Shown here: in pieces, positions 14,408 to 26,460 of the stretch
Layout of the letters: every line of letters starts with the position of its first letter
Position numbering within the stretch: position 1 is the first letter of the stretch
From: Camelus ferus
Lineage: Eukaryota
DNA length: 64,000 nt
Assembly (NCBI RefSeq): GCF_009834535.1
Contig: NC_045697.1
Span: 33,668,001 to 33,732,000 of the forward strand
Direction of reading: 5' to 3'
The notes under the pieces: generated by a model
Seen by the model: only the letters and a program-made list of their open reading frames with translations
The model's database searches: none
What the model was told of the DNA's origin: nothing
Position numbers and translations under genes: made by a program

Positions 14408-15183
14408 TAAAGATACTGAGGAGTGCCCTCCAGTTGAAAGAAACTGGGGAAAAATGCCACAGTTGAAAGATACTGGGATTTACTCAGTTGAAAGACACTA
14501 TGTGGCAGGACTGGGTAATTAGGTAGGAAGCTGGCCTAACATCTTTCTTAAATGAGGAGCAGCAAAAAGCCAGCTTCCAACTAACACCCTTGCCAGATTC
14601 ATGTATGATATGTACAAAACATATTTGCAAATACTTACTTAATTGAGAAATAAGGAAATCCCGCCTTAAATGTGGCCAAGATAGGACTCTTTTCACATTC
14701 CCTAACTGGTTTTTCTGTACACGGTTAGAGAAAGTTGGCTTGATAAAATATCTTTTCAGAATTCTGAGCTTAAAGGAACAAAAACCTTTCTAGGAGGGCT
14801 GGGGTTTCTCTCCCTGTGCCTTTGAGATGTAAATGTTCTACCTGATTTTCTTAGGCTGTTTGTTTTGTGTTTTGAGAGCTTGGTCTCTCCCATCTAGAAG
14901 GTACACATAAGGTGAACATTTGGCAGCCAGTTGAATAGACTGGGATTTTGAGCAGTCCCTTTGGGTGTGCCAGCTCTCAGGGCAATTTGTCATAAGGGGT
15001 CCCAGCCTATACAGGACCTCATTTCAACCTTCACTGTGTCCATCTGTACAATGAAGTTCCTTACTTTCTTAGACTATTTGGGGAGTAAACTTTCCATATC
15101 TCGTGAAGGCTGCATCCTCTGCACTCTCTTGTAGGGATGCTTCCTGTGCCTCATTGGTTTGAGTCACAATTAAGATACTAATC

Positions 15184-15247
15184 ATACACCAGAAACTGAC
15201 ACATTGTAACTGACTGTACTTCAATTAAAAAAAAAATTTCCTTAAAA
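15184..15247 (+). mobile_element. Extremely truncated (64 bp) LINE-1 3' terminus
   Basis: tacaccagaaactgacacattgtaactgactgtacttcaattaaaaaaaaaa flanked by a perfect 12-bp TSD AAGATACTAATC (15172-15183, 15248-15259). The same L1 terminus occurs inverted near 30000 and 61440. Confidence 0.85.
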
Positions 15248-17407
15248 AAGATACTAATCCTCAATGGCCAGAGGATGGATCCTTTGAATTAGAACTACTA
15301 AACTGGTAAATTTCTAGAGATCTCATTATAAACAGCTGTTTTATTGGTACCTATGAGAAAAAGGTGTATACAAATAAATGTAATGGCTAACCTTAAAAAC
15401 TCCCTTATTTTAAAACAAATGAAACAAACAAAAAAACGGTTTGGGAAGCCTCATTTTTGGTCTCAGCTTCCCTTCACTAGGTGTTACAGATATTAATAAA
15501 AACATTATTAATTAATGTTGATTAGGATAATTAAAAAAGGAGTAAGAGCAAACTGAGGGGAAAGTCAAGTAATTTCTTCCCCAAAAGTTGGAAATGTTAA
15601 AAGGACTCATCCCAACAGAATGAAAATCTTTTGATGGTTATTAAAAAATGAGATAAATAAAATGGACACTGATGGGATTAAAACAAATGTTGTGCTGCAA
15701 CACTACCTAAGGCTGAATGGCCAAAGAGACTGCCTTTTGCTTCCCAATACTGAAGGGTCCCAAACAAATCCACTCTATTTACCTCAGTTTAGAAAAAATG
15801 TAAAAGGCTAGAAGAAAAAGTTACACTAAGATATCTGACCAGCAATTGCTTGGTGCAACAGTTAGGCCAATTAATCAAGTTAAAGATTGACAACAGGCCT
15901 GGATTCCTGGCTTGACCCCTCATTTAGGACCCCAATGTCTTATATACAAAAATAGGTAAAATGACCCAGGGATAAAAAGGAAAGTTTCTGAGACTCCTTG
16001 AAAGAACAAGACTTACCGACCGGGTCCAATTGGAGGCTACAATTAAGCTGTAAGAGTTGACAGAATTGAGATAGAAGTTTATAAAACTTGGTGTATTTTA
16101 ATGGGTTTTATATAAGATGGTTAAATCTCTTTGGCCTAATTATATCGTGGGACAGACTAAGTCTCACTGGGGAATGCTCCCATGCCTGGAATTATAAGAC
16201 AGGGCATATAAATCTGCCCCTCAGGCAAAATTAATTAAACATACTAAAGGAAACCAGTAGGATTACTTGAGCCCACACAATATGAAGTAAAACCTGGGGG
16301 CTAATATTCAGGGACTTATAAAGGTAATAATGGAAGTTTTTTTGTTTTTTGTTTTTTTGGCTCAGGGGTGAATTGTTCTGGGTTTAACTTGTATGCTCAT
16401 AAAGAGGACCTCTGTTGAATGCCATGTGCAAACTTTTGAAGACATGATAAACTGGACTCTAAAGTTCTAAAACATAGAAATCTTGATTTTCAGTTTAATT
16501 GCAAATATTCTCACTGATATAAAGAAGCCAATTAAAGAAAATGTAGTTGGGTAAATCAATTTTTTTTATATCATTTAGATGGCAAATCAGTTCTTTGGGG
16601 AATTAAAAGCAACTGTCTTTGTCTTGCAAATCTCTACAAATAAGAAATGTAAATCCAAGACCCAAAGACCTGAGATTGAGCCTACTTAACTCAATCAGGT
16701 AGAACCTGAAACCAAAGGGAAAAAAGAGCGAAAGAGATTTTTTTTACAAGTACAAATTACTGGAAAGTCTCCCTTGCCCAAATCTAATACACAGCTTACT
16801 CAAGAATTTATCAGCGACAAATACAAATCCTAAAAGTCTTTTCCACAAATGGGAAAAAGCCTTAGTCATCTGAGCAAACAAACATAACTTATTCCAATTG
16901 TTATTTATATTTATAAACTAGTAAGTTTATACTGTAATTGTAATACCTGATTCATGACTAAGTTTTAAAACGAAGCTATGAAATCTCTAGTCAGGTCCAT
17001 TTATATGTCTATGTGTACATTATAAAGAATCTTTTTACTTCTGGATAGTATTATGAAAATTAATTTATAATAGAGCTCTACTGAATTAACTTAAAAGCAC
17101 TTATAAATTAAATACTTCTAAATGTAATAGAAACTAACCCAAATGAATTTCAAGTTCACATGATCTGGGAAATATTCAATATTAAATTAATATTTGGTGT
17201 GAAAGTTTAAGTTTGTTGGTTTAATTAATAAAAACATGTCTTACTTTTATTGTATCTGGGTTCACTAAAATCAAATAAGGTTATGTTATCTCTGTTACAA
17301 AATTTATCAGCAAAAAAATAGCTTGGAATGACAGCTGACTTGGTCTAAGGTATCACAAAATCTTCATGTGTAATCTAAACATAATTGTTGGGAACAAGTG
17401 AATAAAT

Positions 17408-17872
17408 TGTGAAGGAAAAGCCAGGCTGGTCTAACAAGATAACTCACAAGTCTAGGAATGTAAAGGAGAGGTTGGGCTGGGCTAACAAGATAACTCACAA
17501 ATCTAAGTATGGGAATACTGATCTGAGTTCTGCTGGACTAACTTGTAAATCTAAGTTAATTAGTGTTGGTTTGCTGTTCATGTTTTTTTGCTAGCCAGCT
17601 GGATTTTCAAAGATATATATCTGGCTTTGGAATGTTGCTTTGCTGCCTCCCTGCCTCCACTTTTGTAATAATGATGCTGCTAAAGCTGTTCCATGCCTAT
17701 TGGCCAAATACCCCAAGCTTGTACTTTACCCCATAAAACCTCATGCGCACGTCTTGGAGGTGCTCAGAGCTTCGGAGCAGAAGCCCCTCTGAGCCCGCCG
17801 GCGTAATACATCTGAGTACTCCTACCCTCCGAGTGGTGCTTGTTTCTTGGCTGGCCTGTCGTTTCCATAACA
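17408..17872 (+). mobile_element. Young solo LTR (ERV1/gammaretrovirus-like) nested in the ERV interior
   Basis: TGTGAAGG...CCATAACA termini, 4-bp TSD AAAT (17404-17407, 17873-17876), U3 direct repeat, TATA-like cataaaa, retained CpGs, GC-richer than its flanks. Confidence 0.88.
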
Positions 17873-20566
17873 AAATAAGATATAAATGGGGTAGAAGCTT
17901 TTAGATTAACTTGTTAAGAATAATTATGTCTTATAGCATGATAATTTCTCCAGAGTTTTGGTAACTTGAAACTTTGGAGTTCTGCTAATTTAAGTTAAAT
18001 GATGGGAATTTATTAAATATTTAGATCATTCTAAAATAAAATAAGATACTGATACATTAACTACTAAACACAGGCTTCCTTTTAGAGAGAAACAAATGAT
18101 ATTCAGGACTATTAATAAGAATGTTTGGTGCCACACTGAAAATTTTTCATTAAAAAAGCACATTTTAGAAATTATAAACAGTATTTATAAGTTTATCAAT
18201 GTACAGAATGCTAACGTAAAAAACAGTTCATAAATGTTTACTTCTTCATTTTCACTAGAAACTAAGGTTTTTAAAAGCTAAGAATTCCAATTAATATATG
18301 TAGTTAAAACTACCAGCATTACTAATGAAACATATGTATATGAAAGGACGAAAGATATAAGGAATGGAAACACATTTTTTAAGGGAAAAGAAAATAATTT
18401 TGTCCTGGAGAGAGGAAAAGAAAGGAAAGCATAGGACAAAATCCAAAGTTAAAAAAAAAATTATAGAAAGTTTGTGGGAAAGGGACTCTGAGAAGAGTTT
18501 TGTGCATGGTCAGGACTGACTAAGATTAGAACAGAATTTAATTCAGTAAATAAATTTTAATATTAAAAGTGATCTGGTGCAAAACTAGAATTTGTGTTAA
18601 GAGAGCAATTTTCTGGGAATATTGATTTGCTTTTGGTAACAGATTGTAAAGTTTGTTTTTAACCTCAAGTAAGCTGTTGTAACTTTCTGTATTTATCTTT
18701 AAAATCTTTTATTGTCACTTTGGTTGAGCAAATAAGCATTTTTTTCACATTGACCTATGATCCCAATTGACCAAGTATTTTAAAACCTTTTCATATCTTT
18801 GACAAAATTCCTCAAATCAAATCCTAAATGAAGATCTTTTGACCTCTAGCTAACTTTAGAATGCTTCAGAGGGCCCCTGATACATCCCAAAGAGAGACAT
18901 TAAACTAAGTAGGTTTATTTGATATGTTAAATTACATGGGAAACATTGTCAAATAAATGGTAATAAATCTTCTTAGGTTATACTGTATGGGTAAAGATAT
19001 ATAGGTAAAAATATATAGATATCCTAGAAATTATATGGAATTCCTAAAAATCTGATATGTCCTGATATATTATCAGTCATAACTATAGTTATTATCTTAA
19101 AAATGCTGTATGCCACAGAAATGTTTGTCAATTGCATTGTAATTGCAGATCTTTAACCATGCTATTTGAAGTCTTTCATCATTTACAGATAGTTATTGTT
19201 TTACTCTGATGCTTTTACAAAAATGAAGATCTTCATAAAAAGATTCATAAAAAGGATTTTTTAACAAATACAGGTTTGTGATGATTTTTAGATCATCACT
19301 GAACTGGGTAAGAAATTCTACAACTCTAATGGAAAACCTGATGGCTTCAACTAGACCAATAAAAATTAATTATATGGACTGAATGAATTTATAAATATGA
19401 TTTATAATTTTACAACTTTTTAATCTGAAATATTACTGGCCCTTAATCTCTGTTTTCCAGAAAATTGTTCCTCTTACACTATGACCTACAGCAAGTCGAT
19501 AATGTATACCTTTATAAATGAAGATGAAACATTTATCTTTTTCTCTCTACCTGAGCCCTCCAGAATTTGGCTTCTCCAGCTGGCTCCCCTCTAGCCTTGA
19601 TGACTTACCGAAATTCAGATTGCAACCAGTTATACTAATCATTGTTTTAATTTATTCTCTTTATTGTTTTTAAACTGTTTATGCTTTGTCTCTCTCTCTG
19701 CTGTACTATGACCTTATCAGTGTTACTAGCTATATCACTTATATCTTGTCTGTTTTATAAGATTGCTGTCTCTTGGATTACCTGATGTGTAACCAGACCT
19801 CCCACAAAATTAATGCTGGCTAAACATCTTGAGGCAACTGATCGCATATACGGCTCTATATAAAATTAATTGTAGTAGTGCAACTCTAGATATGGGAAGA
19901 AGCAACAAGGGAAAACATCTCCTGGATCATAATGGACTAGTAAGACAGGTGTCCTAGAGAACTTTTGGTTATTAACAGGGTCTAATCGGGATACAGCACA
20001 TGAATAACCTATCACAAGATCTTCCCCTAACTTAGGAGTGTTACTAGGGCCCTGAGACAAATTATAATCATGAAATGCTCCCCAAACCTTGGTCAAATTT
20101 ATGACCAACAGGGGGCATTGTAAAGAAAAGGTGTTGCCTGCCATTCCAGTTCCACAGGATTAAGCCATTAGCCACTGCAGTGCCCACTGACAGCTCACCC
20201 TGAGGGAAATTCAGGATGGAGAAAAGCAGGACACATTCTGTGCTTTGGATATGCCAGTCCCTACAGAGTTAAGATACACATCTAAGGAAAAATTTCAATG
20301 ACTCGATATTCTTGCATTTACCCATACATAGAAAAGCACTAAAATCATCAACTTGAGATGTCTGTTCCTTGTGACTAGCACTTATCTTTTAATGCTTGAA
20401 TACATGTTTTTCTCAAAAAAAAAAAAAAAGTTCATATATATCTTGGCCCCTCCCTTACCTCTTCAGAGCTATCTGAGAGGCTGTCTCCCAAGCTGTAGTC
20501 CTCAGGAACGAACCTGAATAAAAAGTAACTCACAACTTTTATGTTGTGCGTTTTTATTTCAGTCCA

Positions 20567-20753
20567 TTTTCTGTGTCTAACAGGTAGAAAAGCTGCCTGC
20601 TTTGGTCAATTCTTTGGGTTTCATATCTTTGGGGCGTATATGTACAAAATTAAATTAAATTTGTTTTTCTCCTGTTAATCTCTCTTTTTTCATGGAGGGT
20701 GTCTCAGCCAAGAACGTAGAGGTGTAGATGGAAATTATTTTTCCTCTCCTACA
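20567..20753 (+). mobile_element. MER34/MER39-like LTR, 3' part
   Basis: aaatttgtttttctcctgttaatct ... tttttcctctcctaca is the recalled 3' end of this LTR family and resumes right after the ERV 3' LTR. Confidence 0.75.
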
Positions 20754-21097
20754 GTTTTCTGTTTACTCAAGCACCCTTCGGGATAACCTCTATGGCTGCC
20801 AACTCAACACTGCCCTCCTCTTACCACCCACACTGCTCCCCTTCTTCCCTCTCCACTGCTCAAACTCAATAGCTCATTCACAAGTTCTCTGACAAATCAT
20901 TTTGCAATAATGGAGGTGGTGCAAGTTTGCATAGGTGTAAGAGTTCAGGCCTCCTCATTTCATACTCACCTCATCTTGGGTAAGACTTTAAACCAGAAGA
21001 TTAATTAGGATTTCTCAGACCTCATTTTCTTTCACTTCACATCAAAATTTGATATAGCTCATCACGTGGAGTATAAGCCTGACAGTTTTCTCTTTTT

Positions 21098-21621
21098 TGT
21101 AACACAGGTGCCTGCCTTAGGCTTGGCTGCCCTTGCTTCTACTTCAAAAAGGCATCCTCTTCGTAGACGGATATTGCCTTCCACTTTACACCCACACCGC
21201 CAGCCACATTACCAGATAAAGAGCCAGGCCTCACTGCAGGCGCCTTTGTTTTGAAGATCTCCATTGATTTGGATAATTGACCATTTGGGCCTCTTTTTTT
21301 TTTTTTTTCTCTCTTCCTGTACTTTAAACTCCTGCTCTTATATTAAAATTCAGCGCTAAAGAGTGAGCCTACAAAACCCTAGGCACCCACCCTCCACCCC
21401 AGTAACAGCAGAATCCCAAACCCATGTTCTTTCCCTCTCTCATACCATACCCTCACTGTGTAACCCAGGTGTGCATGTAATTTCCAAGACCTGAAAGTAA
21501 TAAACCTGTTTTTTCAGTTTCCTGAGTTATTGCTGAAGATATCTTGCAATCACAATAATAACCACAAAGGCCCATCCAGCCAAAATACTAGTTACAGACA
21601 GGCAAAGAACAGCACACAACA
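21098..21621 (+). mobile_element. Probable old solo LTR (family not identified)
   Basis: TG...CA-bounded ~520-bp GC-richer block with AATAAA at ~21499 and an LTR-like layout. Confidence 0.45.
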
Positions 21622-21639
21622 ACACATTAACTTGACATC

Positions 21640-22330
21640 ACAATTTTTTAAACTTCTCTAACTATACTGGCCATATTCTTTGACCTTCACCTCTCTGTTT
21701 TTCCTCCTAACCATCTATGAGCTATTATTCTAAGATATACTCTTTAGCCTTACAACTCAGAAGGCTTACTCACTCTCACAACTGCTATTACCTTTAGGTT
21801 GGTGAAATCTAAACCTTTATCTCTTGCCTAGAATTTCAGTAACATATGTGCAATATCTATATAAGGATTTTTCTCCTGTATATAGCCACTGGCCAACATT
21901 CAAATATGCAGAAAGACAAATTTGCCACTTTTCTGTCTAAATTTATATACTTTTTCCCCCCAAATCTTGAAGTTACCTCTGATTTACCTCTTTCCTCCCA
22001 TTCATAAATTGTCTAGAAGAACTGCTGATTCTTCTTTTGAATTCTGTGTTCAAAAAGCCAAAATTAAATTAAATGTTATCATGATTTATTGTTTAGATTA
22101 TTCCAGTATTTCCCTAATTGGTCTTCCCAACTCAAGTCTCTCTCCATTCAATTTACCAAAGACCAGCTTTCCTAAAGTACTGGTTTTCATTCTTTCACTT
22201 TCTGGTTTAAAATCTCTCTTGAGCCTACATTACTCATAGCATCTATCTTAAACTCTCCAGTCTAACCTGATAGGTTCATTGTTAACAACATATCTCCTTC
22301 CATTCTTTAATCATAGATGTAATCAGTGAA
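21640..22330 (+). mobile_element. Degenerate LINE-2 fragment
   Basis: Pyrimidine-rich L2-like motifs such as gattattccagtatttccctaattggtcttccc. Confidence 0.5.
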
Positions 22331-22905
22331 TCACAGTGTACTGTAAAAAATACTGTAAAAACACACACACAAAAGGGTTGCTCACCATTTTTCATTTATT
22401 GCTTTATTTCTCTATACTTGGAGAAAAAAATTATGTCCTCAAGAAATGGTCTTAGTTTATATTCATTTCCATACCTGGTATGCTGTCTTCTTTCTTTACT
22501 TCTTATAAAAAAGCAAGGTCTAAATCATGTACCAACTCTTGACTAAATAGTGTCAATCCTCCAACCTGTATTAATCCTTCTCCTTTTTCAACTATATCAC
22601 TGTACAATATCCTATATTCCACTTCACCTGAAGCAGCTTTGTCTTTCTTGCTAGGTATTATGATACCTTATCTATTTGAAAAATTGTCATGGTATTAGAC
22701 AAGGATAAGATGAATTTGAATCCTTATAACCAGAATCTAAAAGATGAATTAAGAAAGGCAAGTGAATAAGAGATAATCTCCCAACTATTGGATTTAGCTA
22801 CTAGTAGGGAAACAAAGTCTTGGTGACTTAGAATGCATAAAATTCACTGTGATAAAGCTGTGGAGAGAACAGAAACCTAAGTGCACTCCCAGGAAACTAG
22901 CAAAG

Positions 22906-22929
22906 GTGTGTGTGTGTGTGTGTGTGTGT
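22906..22929. repeat. (TG)n microsatellite
   Basis: Read directly. Other simple repeats: (TA)n ~2587-2606 and (CA)n ~63132-63153. Confidence 0.95.
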
Positions 22930-25179
22930 AACATCTGAACAGGTGCGTATGCGTTTGTGGTGGGTGGGGGTACTTTTTCACCAAGGAGGGAGAGAAAGTG
23001 ATTTGTGAACCAAACAGTGGCCTTCCATGAGGGAAATGTAGATTCCTCTCTGCAGACTTCCAGGCTCATGACAGACACCATCCAATCTAAATTTCAACCA
23101 CATATTCATTTTATAAGTGAAATAAATTAATTTAAAAGTAATTTCCATTTTAATAGTTCCTTCTGCAACATGGATATAGGCATCTTTAAGATCTTAAAAT
23201 AATAAGCATAATAATTATTATAATAGCTATCATTTGTGAAGGATTTGTTATGCATCGAGTAGACTATGAACATCTTTACACAGCAGAAATGACAGAAAAA
23301 TTATGTAATGAATGTGTGGAGAAATAAAACATTCCCAGATTTTTCATTGTTCCTATAAAAAGTCCAAGCTTCCTGCAACATGGAAATTTATTCACTAAGA
23401 AGTTACAGAATCTTTTCTTTCATTTATCTTAGAAACATTTTCATCTATCATAGGATTAAATCTGTAGCCATTTGTTTCCCTAATGATGGTACTAAATTGC
23501 TCTGATACAAAAGGATAATGAAACTTATCTCCTCCAAAGCCAAAAAGTTACATCCTAAGATAGGTACCTAAGCACTGGGTGAAAGTACCGAGGGGACTAT
23601 TCCTAGGTACTTACATTTCAAGGAGGAATGAGACCCAGGACTTAGAGGTATCTCTCAGTCTGAGATACACAAGGCTGTTTGACTTCTGGGGAGATTTTAT
23701 TTACATCCCAAAGTATTCTGGTTATGAAACAGGGCATCATGTTTCCAAGGAGACTCTTTCAGGAGAGAAGCAAGACAGCTACTTCCTTACTTCTTGGTAA
23801 GTAGAGAAAAAAAAGTTTTTTTCACGTTCTTTGCCAATGGTCAGACAGTTTGGCTACTTGAGTAGAGAGTACAGGCTCTCGCTGTGTCACCACAAATGTA
23901 AGGCCAGGGGCTGGAATAAGGATGGTGCTTTTACTATAAATAAAAACCTATCATTGATCCAAAACATCCAAGTGCTCATTCAGACTAAAATTAATAAAGA
24001 TGAGTATTAAAAACCCAAACCCTAACATGATGTGAACTTTACAGTCTTGGCAGTTCTAAAAACTCAGGTGTACAATATATAATTAACTTTATTTCTACAT
24101 CTCACTATTTCTGCTTCTAATAACTTTGCCTTACACAAAATTTCAATCTTGGTTTTTAAATTTAGACTTTCCTGTAATTTCTGCCTCTGGTTTGAGAAAA
24201 AGTCTATGTACATTAAGGCATCAGGGGTGGTATGCATGTGATCTTTGCTCATTTTTCTGAAGATACCTTGTGGAGCTATAACTTGTATATTCCTTCCACA
24301 CAGCCATTAAAAATAGATTGCTATTGGAACATGTATTGAATGTACTGAATGGTGATGTCCTCACTGATTTGATTCCCACCTCAGTTATGACATATAGTCT
24401 AGCATCTGAATTCTAGATTCAGTTCAATCACCCTATTGTCCTCTCCAACTCACCTTGATGGAGTTGGAAGTGAAGAAGGTCAATAACTGGCACTCCTACC
24501 CAATTATTGAAGAATTATGAGATACATATTAGTTGCCCTATTAGGAGATCCAAACATTACCTATGTGTCTGATTAAAGCAGACAGTGGAAAGTGTGGTTT
24601 ATCTATTAACGTATTTTCTAGTACTGAATCTGAAATTACGCAGTTTCCCTTTTAACCTTAGCAAGATGGTAAGGGGACAGTCCTTCTTCCCCTCTTGTAA
24701 AATGGGAGAACAGAGCAGCTTCCTGAGGACAGTTCAACCCCAAGGGGGAGAAATAGGGGCTCCTCGTTTCTTCTTCTCAATTCAAAAATCAGTAACTCCC
24801 TGAACTACTTAGGTAGAAGTTAGGTTGAGTGGCCAGACATGTTATAACAATGGATTTTACACATAAAGAAATATCAGAAGTGAGGAGGAAGCATTCTACA
24901 ATCCCTCTCGTACACCAATATTCTCCAGCATTCTGCTCTCCTAAACCACTGGGCTTAATCATTAAGCTTCAGCTCAGCCAGGGGAGTGGCTTCCCCCCAG
25001 AGAAAGGAATCCGTAGCCTATAAAGACATTCCCGCTCCCACCAGTGAGTTACCTATCCTACCTATGACTTTGGGTATCCAGATGTTGACAAATGTCTTCT
25101 ACTTCCTCAGTCAGAGGCATTCTCAATGCCTGAAATGGGTATAGTTCCTTCAAGAATTCATAAACTGTATCACGTCAAA

Positions 25180-26250
25180 GTCAGGTTTTTACTAACTACA
25201 TTTGGACTAAAGAGTCCAAAGAATACTCATCTGGAAAAGGATAAAGTTGAATCTATATCATACTCCATGACCACTGATAAACTAAAAAGGAATCAAAGAT
25301 TTAAATGTATAAAGGAAAAACAAATGCAACCATGAAAGTACTAAAAGGAAAAAATTCCTTTATAAACTTGGAGAAAATTTAAATATGACTCAAAACTCAT
25401 AAAAGAAAATACTGATATATTTTACTACATTAAAAAAATAGGCAGGGCTAAAAGACAAATGACTGGTATGGGAAGAAAAACTTGAAACTCTCATTACAAA
25501 CAAAAGGCCCATGTCCCTCATATAAAAGAAGCAGCTAGATACCTAACAGAAACAAAACACTAAAAGCGCCCTAGAAAATGAGCAAATGAGAGCCAGTTAG
25601 TTCACAGCAAAAAAAAAATCCAAACGTCCCTTAAACAAATGGAAAGATATTCAACTCATTTGTATCTTATTACTAAATAATAAATAATAATAATATTTTT
25701 TACCTATCAAGCCAGTAAAAATCTAAACATTTCATAATACTCTGCTGATGAGGCTATGATGAAGTGCATTGCAAGCAGAACGCAAAATGGTAAAAGACTT
25801 ATGGAATTTGGCAATATATAAACAATACTACATACGCATTTATCTTTTGATCCAGCAATTCAACTTCTCAGAATTTTTTCTACAGATACATCTGCCAAAA
25901 ATGACAAGCACAGAAGTTTATTACCACACTACTATTTTAATTATAAAAGAATGTAAATCACCCAGATGTCCATTAACAAGGGACTATTTAAATAGGCTAT
26001 GATATGTTCACATAAAAAAATTAATACTATGTCAGTATTAATACTTTATACAATGAGAAGGAATGAGAAACTCCTGACACGCTGACATGGAAATAGTTCC
26101 AGAGTATGTGCTAAGAGAAAAAAACAAGGTGCAGAATAGTGCACAAAGTTTGATTTTTTTTGTAGTGAAAAGAAAAAATTAAGAACATATATTCATATTT
26201 GCATGCATTTGAATTTTTTAAATGACACAGGAGGCATACATAACATAGAA
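25180..26250 (+). mobile_element. Old LINE-1 (L1ME-like) ORF2 3' fragment
   Basis: ttttgatccagcaattcaacttctcagaatttt and cccagatgtccattaacaagggact are degenerate L1 ORF2 3' motifs. Confidence 0.7.
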
Positions 26251-26284
26251 CCTGCTGAAGAGTTTACCTCACTTGTCTAACTCA

Positions 26285-26460
26285 AGCCAGACTGCCTGGA
26301 TCTATCTCTACCACTTAAAGTTCATTAAACTTTTTGATCCTATCTACAAATTGGGAATTATAGGAATTCTTACCTCACAGAGTTCATACACAAAATAAAT
26401 TGAGTTTACGCTCGCAAAGTACATAGGATAGTATTGGACATATATAGAAGTGTTTGTTAA
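26285..26460 (+). mobile_element. MIR SINE
   Basis: agccagactgcctgg ... atctacaaattgggaattataggaattcttacctcacagagtt. Confidence 0.6.

Larger units (their letters stand above)
13114..20566 (+). mobile_element. Degenerate two-LTR endogenous retrovirus (ERV1/MER4-group-like, apparently non-autonomous)
   Basis: 5' LTR 13114-13579 and 3' LTR 20119-20566 (TG...CA, ~80-85% identical by eye). PBS-like sequence at 13583-13601, purine tract at 20107-20118, imperfect 4-bp TSD (gttt/tttt). AT-rich interior with no long ORFs. Confidence 0.88.

Noticed and set aside
13795..14505. CRISPR-like repeat-spacer array
   Set aside because: Mammalian ERV context, degenerate units with only ~10-nt gaps, and no cas genes.
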